Shown piece by piece: positions 16,218 to 25,446 of a DNA stretch of 64,000 bases. The position numbers were made by a program, and so were the translations under genes. Location: positions 512,001-576,000 of the forward strand of contig OY970218.1 of NCBI GenBank assembly GCA_963713975.1. The letters run 5' to 3'. The stretch's first letter is position 1, and the number at the start of each line of letters is the position of its first letter. The DNA comes from an uncultured Chloroflexia bacterium. Lineage in GTDB: Bacteria; Chloroflexota; Limnocylindria; Limnocylindrales; CSP1-4. Under the pieces are notes generated by a model that saw only the letters and a program-made list of their open reading frames with translations, was not told the origin of the DNA and ran no database searches.

Positions 16218-16973
16218 GTGCCCCGCGCCAAGCGCACCGATCGCACCGATGCCCGACGCCGCTACCGGGCGGAGCAGGTGGCGCTTGCCGACGCCGAGCT
16301 CGACGACGAGCTCGTCGATGCGCCTGCGACGGCGGACCGGAAGCCGAGCGCCAAGTCGGGTCGGCCGGCACCGGCGGCGCGCCCGGGGATCATGAGCTCC
16401 TTCAAGGGCGCAATCCGTCCGCTGGACCTGCCCGGCGACCTGCGCGCCTTCCCCCAGGTCCTCACGAATTGGGGCTTCCTCGCGGCGATGGGCGTCACCC
16501 TCGCCGCCGCCGCCTGGTTCGTCATCGCGTATTCACCGGCCATGTCCGAGATCCCGGCCGGGACGGGCACGACCGCCCAGCTCGAGGCCGTCGTGGGGAC
16601 CAACACCATCCCGTACTTCCTGGGCACGATGGCGCTGCAGCCACCGCCGGCCATCGGCGCCTTCCTGATCGGCTTCGCGGCCAAGCGGGCGAGCTGGCTG
16701 GGCGGCTTCATCTACGGGATCTTCGTCACGATCGTCGCGATCGTGGTCCTTCAGACGCCGTCCGGGCGACTGCTCACCGGCGATGGCTCCACGGACGCGA
16801 TCCTCGTCGGCCACGCGGCCTGGTCTCCGGTCGGCGCAATGCTGTTCGCCTCGGCAGCCGCCTGGTATCGCCGGTTCCTCGACCTCGCCAACCCGAACCG
16901 CGGACAGCGTGGCAAGGACGCCAAGGGCCAGCAGGGTCGCGGCAAGTCGTCCAAGCCCAAGTCCACCCGCTGA
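16218..16973 (+). CDS. Membrane protein of unknown function
   Basis: AGGAGG SD then GTG; about four TM helices; basic termini. Confidence 0.75.
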   Translation: MPRAKRTDRTDARRRYRAEQVALADAELDDELVDAPATADRKPSAKSGRPAPAARPGIMSSFKGAIRPLDLPGDLRAFPQVLTNWGFLAAMGVTLAAAAWFVIAYSPAMSEIPAGTGTTAQLEAVVGTNTIPYFLGTMALQPPPAIGAFLIGFAAKRASWLGGFIYGIFVTIVAIVVLQTPSGRLLTGDGSTDAILVGHAAWSPVGAMLFASAAAWYRRFLDLANPNRGQRGKDAKGQQGRGKSSKPKSTR

Positions 16974-17204
16974 GATTCCGGCCGGTCCAATCCGACCGCC
17001 GCCCTCGCGCGAACACGGGGTAGACACGTCTCGCCTCGGCGTCGGCGGCCCCGTGAATGGAAGCTCGGGCCGGACCCGGGGCCGCCGCCTTCGGGGCGAG
17101 GCGTGCCTGGCGGCAGCGGACCTGGCTCCTCCTCCACCGCTGCCGCCACTCCCCCCCTCCCGCGGTGATCCCCTCCGGGTCCCCGCATGCCCGACGGCGC
17201 ACTC

Positions 17205-20200
17205 CTAGCCGAGCCTTCTCATCCCGGCCTGGCCAAGCTGGCGAACGCCCGACGGTGACGCGGGGCCACCCGCCGCGGACGCCGCGTCCACCAGCGGTCG
17301 AACCTCCCGCGCCACCACGTTCACCACGTCTCCCTCCCGCTGCAGGTCCCCGTCCACCAGCAGCAGTGCGTGACGCCGGACCACGGAGCGCAGCCGCTGC
17401 CACGTGGACGGCCAGAGCGTGACGTTGACCATGCCGGTCTCGTCCTCCAGCGCGAGGAAAACCGTTCCCCGTGCCGTCATCGGGTGCTGTCGCGTGACCA
17501 CCAGGCCGCCAAGGAGAACCCTTCCCGGGCGTCGATCGGCCAGCGCGGCGTTGGGCACGGCACCCATCAGGTCCAGTGTCCCCCTGAACAGCGCCACCAC
17601 CTGGCGTCGGGCGTCCAGCCCCACCACGGCGTAGGCGTCACCGAGACGCTCGGGCTCCGTGATCTCCGGCAGCGACGGCGCCTCCGTGGCGGGCAGACGC
17701 AGGTCCATCGGCCGGCCGGCGGCCCGCGTGATCCCCTTCGGACCTCGCCGCTTGCCGTCGATGCGCCCCCTGGCCGCCCCGGCCACCTCGCGCAGCTGCC
17801 ACAGCAGCTCCCGGCGGGGGTGGCCCAGCGAGTCCAGCGCGCCCGCCCGGATCAGGCGCTCGACCACGTCCTCCGCGAGGCCCGTCCGTTCCACCACGTC
17901 TGCCAGGCCCGTGTACGGCCCGCGAGCCAGCTCCGCGTCCAGGCGCGCCTGCTGCTCCTCGCCGATCCCCTTGACCAGGTGCAGCCCGAGACGGATCCCC
18001 CAGCCGGTCATGCTCTCCGCGGCCCAGCGATCCCGCGCCGCCGCCCCGGGGATCACGCAGGCACTCGAACGGACCGGCGTGGGCCTGGCCTCGATCCCGC
18101 ACCCGTCGGGCAGCTGCTCGCCGACATCCCGATCGTGCGAGCCGTCGTCGCCTGCCGTTCCCGCCAGCGCCCATCCGGGTCGCCCGACCCACTCGGTCGT
18201 CGTGCGATACGAGCTCCTGTTGACGTCGACCGGGAGGACCGCGACCCCGTGGCGCTTCGCATCGTTGACCAGGACCTCGACCGGGTAGAAGCCCATCGGC
18301 TGGGCATTGACCAGCCCGACGGTGAACTGCGCCGGGTAGAACAGCTTGAGGAAGCTGGACTCGTAGGCGGTCCGGGCGAAGGCCGCGGCATGGCTCTTGG
18401 CGAACCCGAACGAGGCGAAGGCGGCGCAGCGGCGGAACAGCTCCTCGGCATCGTCGGGAGGCATCCCCCGCACGCGCACGCAGCCGTCCACGAACTCCGC
18501 GTGGAGCCGCTCCATCTCGCCCGCAGAGCGGTACGTGCCCATCGCCCGCCGGAACCCGTCCGACCCGGCCGGCGTGAACCCCGCGACGTCGATCGCGATC
18601 TTCATCACCTGCTCCTGGTACAGGATCACGCCCAGGGTGTCGTGAAGGATCGGCTCCAGGCTCGGGTGGAGGTACGCGACCGGCTCCAGGCCCTGCTTGC
18701 GGCGCAGGTACGGGTGGACCGCGTTCCCCTGGATCGGACCCGGGCGGATGATCGCCACCTCCACCACCAGGTCGTCCAGGCTGGCCGGCCGCGACTTCGG
18801 CAGGGTCTGCATCTGCGCCCGGCTCTCCACCTGGAACACGCCCACGGTGTCCGCGGCCTGGAGCATCGCGAACACCTCGGGGACCTCCTCCGGCAGGCGA
18901 TCGAGGTCGAGGCAGACGGCGCAGTCGTGCTCGATCAGCTGGACCGTCTCGTCGATGGCGGCGAGCATGCCCAGGCCTAGCAGGTCAAGCTTGATCAGCT
19001 TCATCGTCTCGACGTCGCGCTTGTCGTACTGGACGACCACCCGGTCCTTCATCGTCGCCCGCTCGATGGGGGCGATGTCGATGAGGGGGGCCGCGGTCAC
19101 GAGCATGCCGCCCGAATGGATCGAGAGGTGGCGAGGGAAGCCGTCGATGCGGGCGCACAGCTCCAGCCAGCGCTCCCAGTCCGAGAGTCCCGCGACGGAC
19201 CCTTGGTGCCTGCCCGGACCGCTCTCGGGATCGACGCGGCGCGTGACCTCGCGGTAGGGCGCCCAGCGCTCTGCGCCGTTCGGCGGTCCCTCGCGAATCC
19301 AGCGCTCGCTCACCGGGGAGTCGCCGGGGCCGCCTTCATCCTCGCCCGGGCGGAAGTCGAGCGGCTCCCGGCCAGGACGCCCCGGCGGCGTACCAGCCAC
19401 CCTCCGGGCGCCAGGATCGCCCGAATCCCCCGCGGAACCACTCGATCCGGCCCCACCTGCGCCGGGCGCCGCAGCCGGGCCGAGCCGCCCGCCGCTCACA
19501 TGGTTGAGCTGGCCCATCGCGTCCGTGAGCCCGCGCTCACCCGCCAGTGCCGCCGCACCCACAGCCGCCAGTTCGGCCACCAACCGCCGCGCGCCTCGCG
19601 CCGCGTCCGGGACGGGCACCGCGCCCGCAGGGCCCTCGTCGGCAGGACCCTCACCCTCCCCGTCCCCCGGTCGCGCGAAGAACTGCGCGAACCCGCCCTC
19701 GGCCTCGAGGTCCCGTCGCACCATCACGGAGTCGTAGGTCTCGAGCGCCTTCGCCACCCGGTCCACCAGCGGTCGCGGGAACCCCAGCGCGTGCCCCACC
19801 TCGCGCACTGCCGACCGCGCCCGGTACGTGACGAGGTTGCAGACCATCCCCGTGTGCTCCGGCCCGTACTTCCCGTAGACGTACTGGATCACCTCCTCCC
19901 GTCGCTCGGAGGAGAAGTCGATGTCCACGTCCGGATAGGCCGTCCGCCCCTCGTTGATGAAGCGCTCGAACAGGAGCTCGTGGCGGATGGGGTCCACCCG
20001 TGCGATGCCCAGCACGTAGGCCACGATCGAGCCCGCCGCGCTCCCCCGCCCCTGCGCCGGGATGCCACGCGACTTGGCGAACTGCATCAGGTCCCAGCAG
20101 ATGAGGAAGAACTCCGCGAGACCGGTCTTCTCGATGACGTCCAGCTCGCGGGCCAGCTGCCGGAGGACGGCCGGCGTGAGCGGGTGGTATCGGCGCCGGG

Positions 20201-21374
20201 CACCCTCCCAGCACAGCTCGGACAGGTGGCTGAACGGCGTCTGGCCCTTCGGTACCTTGAAGCCCGGGAAGCGGTAGCGCTCGAACGCCAGCTCGACACG
20301 ACAGGCCTCGGCAATCTCCGCCGATGCGGCGATCCCTGCCCGCCACGCCCGCGCCAGGACGGGGTCGGCAGCCTCGGTCGCCGGCTCACCGGGCGGCAGG
20401 GCGAGGAGCTCCGGCGCACCCTTGAGGTACGACTCCCCATCCGGCCGGCGCAGGTCCGCCAGGTCCGTGAGCGACCGTCCGTGGCGGATCGCGGTCAGCA
20501 CGTCCTGGAGCTCGCGGCCCTCGGGGAGCGCGTAGTGGACGTCGTTGGCGACCACCACTGGCAGGCCCAGCTCATCAGCCAGGCGCGCGGTCTCGGATGC
20601 GAGCCAGTCGTCGTCGGGCAACAGGTGGTGCGAGAGCTCCAGCACGAACCCGGCGCCGGCCACGCCCCCGGTCGCACTGCCGGCTGCGCCCGATCCCGCG
20701 ACCTGCGATCCGAACAGTGCTGCGTACCGCTCCGCCATCGCCCGCGCCCCCTCGCGGTCCCCGGCACGCAGCCGCCGCGCCAGCTCCCCGTGCCGGCATC
20801 CCGACAGCGCGATCAGCCCCTCCGTGTGCTCGGCCAGGAGCGCCTGGGTCAGCCTGGGGACCGACTTCGTGCCGGCCAGGTTCGCCCGCGACACGAGCCG
20901 GCAAAGACTCCGCCAGCCCGTCGCGTCCCGGGCCAGCAGCACCAGGTGCGGGCCGCGCTGCGCCTCTCCGACTCCCCGGTGATCCTCCTTCACCGCCTGT
21001 CGATGGCCCGGCAGCCGTAGCCGATCAGGGCCTGGGCGGGCGGGGCGACCGTCCACGGGACGCGGGGCCTCGGGACGGACCGGCACCCGACGTCCCGGCC
21101 TCCACATGCGCCTCGCCGGCACCACGATCCCGCCCGGGTCCGGCACCACCGCATCGATGAGCTCCACCTCGATCCCGATCACCGGGCGCAGCCCCGCAGC
21201 CTCCGCGGCGGCGGAGAACCGGACGGCCCCGTACAGGCCCTGGTGGTCTGTGATGGCGAGGCCCACCAGCCCCAGCCCCACGGCTCGCGCGACGAGATCG
21301 TCGGGAGCGGATGCCCCGTCCAGGAACGAGAAGTGGGTGTGGCAGTGCAGCTCGGCGTAGGGGGGAGGGGCCAC
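17205..21374 (-). CDS. dnaE2: Error-prone DNA polymerase DnaE2 (ImuC)
   Basis: PHP motif YAELHCHTHFSFLDG, GRGSAAGS, PDVDIDF, KLDLLGL, FQVESRAQM, NAQPMGFY and an OB fold. Confidence 0.95.
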   Translation of the reverse strand: MAPPPYAELHCHTHFSFLDGASAPDDLVARAVGLGLVGLAITDHQGLYGAVRFSAAAEAAGLRPVIGIEVELIDAVVPDPGGIVVPARRMWRPGRRVPVRPEAPRPVDGRPARPGPDRLRLPGHRQAVKEDHRGVGEAQRGPHLVLLARDATGWRSLCRLVSRANLAGTKSVPRLTQALLAEHTEGLIALSGCRHGELARRLRAGDREGARAMAERYAALFGSQVAGSGAAGSATGGVAGAGFVLELSHHLLPDDDWLASETARLADELGLPVVVANDVHYALPEGRELQDVLTAIRHGRSLTDLADLRRPDGESYLKGAPELLALPPGEPATEAADPVLARAWRAGIAASAEIAEACRVELAFERYRFPGFKVPKGQTPFSHLSELCWEGARRRYHPLTPAVLRQLARELDVIEKTGLAEFFLICWDLMQFAKSRGIPAQGRGSAAGSIVAYVLGIARVDPIRHELLFERFINEGRTAYPDVDIDFSSERREEVIQYVYGKYGPEHTGMVCNLVTYRARSAVREVGHALGFPRPLVDRVAKALETYDSVMVRRDLEAEGGFAQFFARPGDGEGEGPADEGPAGAVPVPDAARGARRLVAELAAVGAAALAGERGLTDAMGQLNHVSGGRLGPAAAPGAGGAGSSGSAGDSGDPGARRVAGTPPGRPGREPLDFRPGEDEGGPGDSPVSERWIREGPPNGAERWAPYREVTRRVDPESGPGRHQGSVAGLSDWERWLELCARIDGFPRHLSIHSGGMLVTAAPLIDIAPIERATMKDRVVVQYDKRDVETMKLIKLDLLGLGMLAAIDETVQLIEHDCAVCLDLDRLPEEVPEVFAMLQAADTVGVFQVESRAQMQTLPKSRPASLDDLVVEVAIIRPGPIQGNAVHPYLRRKQGLEPVAYLHPSLEPILHDTLGVILYQEQVMKIAIDVAGFTPAGSDGFRRAMGTYRSAGEMERLHAEFVDGCVRVRGMPPDDAEELFRRCAAFASFGFAKSHAAAFARTAYESSFLKLFYPAQFTVGLVNAQPMGFYPVEVLVNDAKRHGVAVLPVDVNRSSYRTTTEWVGRPGWALAGTAGDDGSHDRDVGEQLPDGCGIEARPTPVRSSACVIPGAAARDRWAAESMTGWGIRLGLHLVKGIGEEQQARLDAELARGPYTGLADVVERTGLAEDVVERLIRAGALDSLGHPRRELLWQLREVAGAARGRIDGKRRGPKGITRAAGRPMDLRLPATEAPSLPEITEPERLGDAYAVVGLDARRQVVALFRGTLDLMGAVPNAALADRRPGRVLLGGLVVTRQHPMTARGTVFLALEDETGMVNVTLWPSTWQRLRSVVRRHALLLVDGDLQREGDVVNVVAREVRPLVDAASAAGGPASPSGVRQLGQAGMRRLG

Positions 21375-21404
21375 GACGACGGTCTCCGGGGGGCGGGTCG
21401 GAAT

Positions 21405-21424
21405 GATAGAACATCTGTTCTATC
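21405..21424. promoter_or_regulatory. LexA (SOS) box at dnaE2 promoter
   Basis: GATAGAAC-ATCT-GTTCTATC palindrome overlapping minus-strand -10 TATCAT. Confidence 0.85.
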
Positions 21425-21446
21425 GACACCAGCCCCATCGGGCCTG

Positions 21447-22133
21447 TCAGGCGGTGACGGAGACCTCTGCCAGCGACGCCACCACGACGTGCGCCCCGGC
21501 CGACGCAAGGTCGACGTCGTCGCGATCGGGCACCCCGACCACGAATAGCCCGGCATCGACCGCCGCCCGGACGCCCATCGGCGAGTCCTCGAACGCGATC
21601 GCATCGGCAGGCGCCACGCCCAGCGCCTGGCAGGCCGCCGCATAGACGTCCGGCAGGGGCTTGGGCCGCCCCATGTCCGCCCCGGAGACCACCACCCCCA
21701 GCATCGCCAGGCCCGAGACGTCCAGCGCCCGGCGAACCAGGACCGCCGACGTGTTGGACGCGACGGCGAGCGCGATCCGCCCGTCGAGGGCCTCGACCAG
21801 CTCACGGGCTCCGGCACATGCGGGCGCCCCGGCCGAGTAGTGGGCCAGCATGATCTCGACGATCTCTCGCTCGATGGCCTCGGCGGGGAGCCCCAGCCGC
21901 CGTGCGCAGGCTTCCGCGGTCTCGGCGACGGCCCGGCCGTGCGAGGCCTCCATGTCGGCGGCCGAGAAGACGTCGCCGTGCCGCTCCAGCAGCTCACGTT
22001 CGGCGTCGTGCCAGAGGGGCTCCGTGTCGAGCAGGAGCCCGTCCATATCGAACACGGCGGCATGGAAGCGCCCCGGCAGGAGCAGCGGCGCGGCAGACGG
22101 CGAGACGGGAGACTGGAGGGGGCGGAGCGTCAA
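21447..22133 (-). CDS. HAD family phosphatase (HAD-IA)
   Basis: FDMDGLLLDTE, ASN, KPLPD, FEDS. Confidence 0.9.
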   Translation of the reverse strand: MTLRPLQSPVSPSAAPLLLPGRFHAAVFDMDGLLLDTEPLWHDAERELLERHGDVFSAADMEASHGRAVAETAEACARRLGLPAEAIEREIVEIMLAHYSAGAPACAGARELVEALDGRIALAVASNTSAVLVRRALDVSGLAMLGVVVSGADMGRPKPLPDVYAAACQALGVAPADAIAFEDSPMGVRAAVDAGLFVVGVPDRDDVDLASAGAHVVVASLAEVSVTA

Positions 22134-22507
22134 CGAGGTCCTCGGGGCAAGGGGAACAGGGGGCCGTGGGGAGGCAGGGCGGCGGCCGGGCGATTGTAGC
22201 GGGGTGTAGACGGCCGCCCTCGGCCCGACCCGAGCGACAGTGGGCGCTCGATCTGTCAGGCGCCGCGCATGCGTCCCCTCCGTGGGCCCCCGGAGCCGCC
22301 GGGCGGCTCAACGGTCTGGTGCGTGCCGGTTAGCGCCGCTGGGCGGCACATCCGTCGAGCGCAAAAGCCTCCACAGCACACAGACGTACCGCTGGGCGAG
22401 TGGATCAGCTGCGCACCCGACGGTTCAACCGCTGAGCGGCACGCCGCGGCGCCGGGTCGAGCACGCCGCGCCACACCGTGTCCGGCCGAGATTCGCCCGT
22501 CGGGACC

Positions 22508-22533
22508 GAAACCAAACCGTGGGCTCGCGCGTC
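22508..22533 (+). promoter_or_regulatory. Putative ECF-sigma promoter
   Basis: GAAACC-N16-CGTC immediately before the small ORF. Confidence 0.45.
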
Positions 22534-22535
22534 TC

Positions 22536-22679
22536 ATGCGCGTGATCACGAACCTGAGCCACCGCTCCGACCACCGCGTCGCCCTCGAGGTCCTCCTGCG
22601 GATCGCGGCGGCCGCGCTGGTGGCGATCGCGATCTTCGGCCTCCTTCCCGCGATCGCAGGGGCGGCCATGCAGGCATAG
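22536..22679 (+). CDS. Small single-TM protein (47 aa, or 45 aa from GTG 22542)
   Basis: MRVITNLSHRSDHRVALEVLLRIAAAALVAIAIFGLLPAIAGAAMQA; GC3-rich codons. Confidence 0.55.
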   Translation: MRVITNLSHRSDHRVALEVLLRIAAAALVAIAIFGLLPAIAGAAMQA

Positions 22680-22787
22680 TGTCGTCCCGCCTGCCTGGGG
22701 CTCGCGGAACGATCGAACGGCGGCGGTCGCCGCAACCAGCGATCGCCGACCCGTCTCCGGGCAGCCTGGGTCGCCCGGAGACCGCCA

Positions 22788-22822
22788 AAGGACCCTCGTC
22801 GCTGGGGCGGCGAGGGTCCTTG
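22788..22822 (+). terminator. Terminator-like hairpin
   Basis: AAGGACCCTCGTCGC-TGGG-GCGGCGAGGGTCCTT. Confidence 0.6.
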
Positions 22823-22865
22823 CTCGTCCCAGGTGCGGGTGGCCGGTGGACCTCGGGCCGCTACC

Positions 22866-23471
22866 ATGAGCCTGATGCGTGTCCAGCCTGGCCGCCTGGC
22901 CTCCACCCCTGCCCCACTCCTGCGGACGCTGGCGCTGGCTGCCCTCCTTGCCGGCCTGGCTGCATGCGGCGGACCCGGCCCGTCCATCGCGCCGGCGCCG
23001 TCATCGGCAAACGGCGCGACCACAACGCCCGGCCCCATCGAGCCCACCCCGGTCCTGACCCAGGCGCCGCCGCCGACCGTCGTCCCGGGCGGACCCTCGG
23101 ACGTCCCGCCGAGCGAGCCATCGGCAACGTCGACCACGACGACCGACTGGGGCACCATCCTCGATGCCGTTCCCGAGGGGTTCCCGGTGTACCCGGGAGC
23201 GAACCCCGTGGAGGCATCGGGCGGTCCGGCCAGCGGCGCCTGGCTGTCGGCCGCGGTGGTGGACGACGTCGCCACGTGGTATCGGGACGCGCTGGAGGAG
23301 CTGGGCTTCACCACCGACGATCTCTCCTCGATGCTCGAGGATGGCAGCCGGGTCCTGGACACCGTCTCGGACCTGCCCGAGTGCCGGATCCGGACGACCT
23401 TCCGCCCGGCGGGCGAATCGACGATGATCATCGTGCTCTACGGCGCCGGCTGTGCCGGCGGCGAGGGTTGA
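22866..23471 (+). CDS. Pro-rich putative lipoprotein
   Basis: Lipobox LAAC-GG, Pro/Thr linker, small acidic C-terminal domain. Confidence 0.7.
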   Translation: MSLMRVQPGRLASTPAPLLRTLALAALLAGLAACGGPGPSIAPAPSSANGATTTPGPIEPTPVLTQAPPPTVVPGGPSDVPPSEPSATSTTTTDWGTILDAVPEGFPVYPGANPVEASGGPASGAWLSAAVVDDVATWYRDALEELGFTTDDLSSMLEDGSRVLDTVSDLPECRIRTTFRPAGESTMIIVLYGAGCAGGEG

Positions 23472-23496
23472 CCCGAAGACAAGGAGAAGCGACCGC

Positions 23497-23595
23497 ATGG
23501 AGCCCAAGACCCGCGAGTTCGTGAGCGCCGGCCTGCTGGTGGTGGTGCTGGTCGTCCTCGTCGTGCTGGTCGTCTTCGCGGCGATGCCGGCCTGA
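23497..23595 (+). CDS. Membrane microprotein (32 aa)
   Basis: AAGGAG SD; MEPKTREFVSAGLLVVVLVVLVVLVVFAAMPA. Confidence 0.55.
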   Translation: MEPKTREFVSAGLLVVVLVVLVVLVVFAAMPA

Positions 23596-23700
23596 TCCGG
23601 CGCGGGCGCGTGGCGCGACCGCAACATCTGCATGGGGTCCGGCGTCTGGTAGCCGGCGACCGGCCGGGTATCGGTCCGAACCTTGGGGGAATGGGAACGA

Positions 23701-23808
23701 ATGCAGACGACACGACCGCGTGACCTCGGCGCTCTCGCCCTGGTCGTGGGCCTGTTCCTCGTGCTGCTCGTGGTCTCGATCGCGTTCGGATCGCCCGCGT
23801 TCCGCTGA
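23701..23808 (+). CDS. Membrane microprotein (35 aa)
   Basis: MQTTRPRDLGALALVVGLFLVLLVVSIAFGSPAFR. Confidence 0.5.
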   Translation: MQTTRPRDLGALALVVGLFLVLLVVSIAFGSPAFR

Positions 23809-23871
23809 CGTTCCCGACCGTCGTCCGACCGGTCGCCGCCACCCTCCGGCCCGATCCGGGCCCCACCCGGG

Positions 23872-24120
23872 TCAATCGTAGAGCCGCTCCAGGTGCCACG
23901 TCCCGGCCACCCGGTCCAGGTAGACGAGCGCCAGCCACGACGCCCCGACCACCTTGAAGTAGTCGCGGGCGATCGGCTCCCGCCACCACGATTCCTCCAC
24001 CCGCCATCGATTGCAGACCTCGACGGGCTCCCGCCGGCCGTTCCAGCGGATGGCCACGAGGCGTCCGGCCGGGTCCAGCTCCGCGTCGACCAGCGGATGC
24101 TCGCGCAGCAGCCGGGTCAC
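23872..24120 (-). CDS. DUF6504-like small protein (ImuB C-terminal-like)
   Basis: WNGRRE...RWRVEESWW...RDYF...WHLERLYD motif, directly after imuB. Confidence 0.75.
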   Translation of the reverse strand: MTRLLREHPLVDAELDPAGRLVAIRWNGRREPVEVCNRWRVEESWWREPIARDYFKVVGASWLALVYLDRVAGTWHLERLYD

Positions 24121-24156
24121 CGCCGCTCCCCGGCCGTCATCGCCGCTCCTCGCCCA

Positions 24157-25446
24157 TCACCGCCGCTCCTCGCCAACCACGGCCGCCCCGGCGACCGCCT
24201 GCCAGCGCCAGCGCGCCTCGGCGAGCGGCGCCTCGGTGTCGGCCAGCTCCACCCGCCGCACCCGGTCCGGCCCGAACGCGATCGCCAGGCGTGCCAGCTG
24301 CCAGCCGAGGCGTGCGTCCCGCGCCGCCTGCGGGGTGAACAGCGGGAGCTGCTGGCCCCGGGCCGGCTCCACCAGCGCGAGCTCCAGCTCGAGGCGGGCG
24401 ACGGCGGCCGGCGGTGGGGCCTGCTCGAGACGGGCGACGAGGAGGCGCTCGATGGCCTCGGCGTCCGCCGTGGGCTCCGGGAAACGCTGCTCCAGGCGAA
24501 GCTCCGGCACCGTCCCGCGGCGCGCGAACGCCAGGTCGTGGGTGACGACAAGCCGCGCCAGCCCCGCCGCGCGCCCTCGCGCCGCGAGCTGCTCCGCCAG
24601 CGTGGCCGAGAGCCGGCGGAGCACGAACCGGACGGCCTCGAGACCCTCGACCGACGGGTCCAGCGAGAGACCGAGCGCCAGCCGCTCCGTGCCGCTCCGA
24701 GGTCGGAACCGCTCGATCTCCTCACCCCGGGCATGGGCGTGGATCCTGGCTCCCTCCTCTCCGAAGCGTGCGACCAGCGCGGAGCGCGGCAGCGCCGCGA
24801 CCGAACCTATCGTGCGAAGCCCGAAACGGGCCAGCCGCGCCCGCACGTCCGGGTCCCGCGTGAGCAGGCCGGCCGGATAGGGCACGAGGAACCGGCCGTC
24901 GTCACCGGGCGGGACCAGGAGCGGTGGACCGCCCTCCTCCGCGTGCGCGGCGGCCACGGATGCGGCGAAGGACGATCCCGCGATCCCGGCTAGCGGAGGA
25001 CAGGGCAGGATCGGGGTGAGCGCCGCCGTCATGCTCGCGACCAGCGTCTCCTCCACGCCCCACAAGCGCGTCAGGCCGTCGGCGTGGACGATGATCCGCC
25101 CGAACGAGGGGTCCCTGACATCGCTCGTTCCGGCGATGCCGGGACTGAAGGCGGCGAGCCGTTCGCAGGCGGCCTCGACCGCGTCCCGGTCCGCGTCAGG
25201 CGCGAGGTCCAGGAAGGTCGCCTCGGGCGCTAGCCGGTGGGCGCTCCCGAGCGGGATCCCCCGACGCACGCCGAGGGCCCGCGCGAGGGGATCCGCGTCC
25301 ACCACGGTCCCGTCCGTCCAGGGCTGGCCGCCGAGGACGATCGGGCCGGGCGGCCACGAGCCGGAGGTGCCGTCCGACAGGATCTCCATCCGGCTCCGTG
25401 CCAGGCGGAGGGGCAGGTGTGGCCAGAGCAGGTGAAGCAGGCGCAT
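24157..25446 (-). CDS. imuB: ImuB-like inactive Y-family polymerase
   Basis: LLHLLWPHLPL, ARALGVRRG, FSP, GLRTIG, clamp-binding-like QLPLF. Confidence 0.8.
   Translation of the reverse strand: MRLLHLLWPHLPLRLARSRMEILSDGTSGSWPPGPIVLGGQPWTDGTVVDADPLARALGVRRGIPLGSAHRLAPEATFLDLAPDADRDAVEAACERLAAFSPGIAGTSDVRDPSFGRIIVHADGLTRLWGVEETLVASMTAALTPILPCPPLAGIAGSSFAASVAAAHAEEGGPPLLVPPGDDGRFLVPYPAGLLTRDPDVRARLARFGLRTIGSVAALPRSALVARFGEEGARIHAHARGEEIERFRPRSGTERLALGLSLDPSVEGLEAVRFVLRRLSATLAEQLAARGRAAGLARLVVTHDLAFARRGTVPELRLEQRFPEPTADAEAIERLLVARLEQAPPPAAVARLELELALVEPARGQQLPLFTPQAARDARLGWQLARLAIAFGPDRVRRVELADTEAPLAEARWRWQAVAGAAVVGEERR

Noticed and set aside
19180-19690. Intein in DnaE2
   Set aside because: No Cys/Ser start, His-Asn end or LAGLIDADG blocks; low complexity
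22330-22400. c-di-GMP-I riboswitch-like GCGCAAAAGCCTCC
   Set aside because: Lacks the GGCAAACC...GAAA P2 hairpin and a supporting P3
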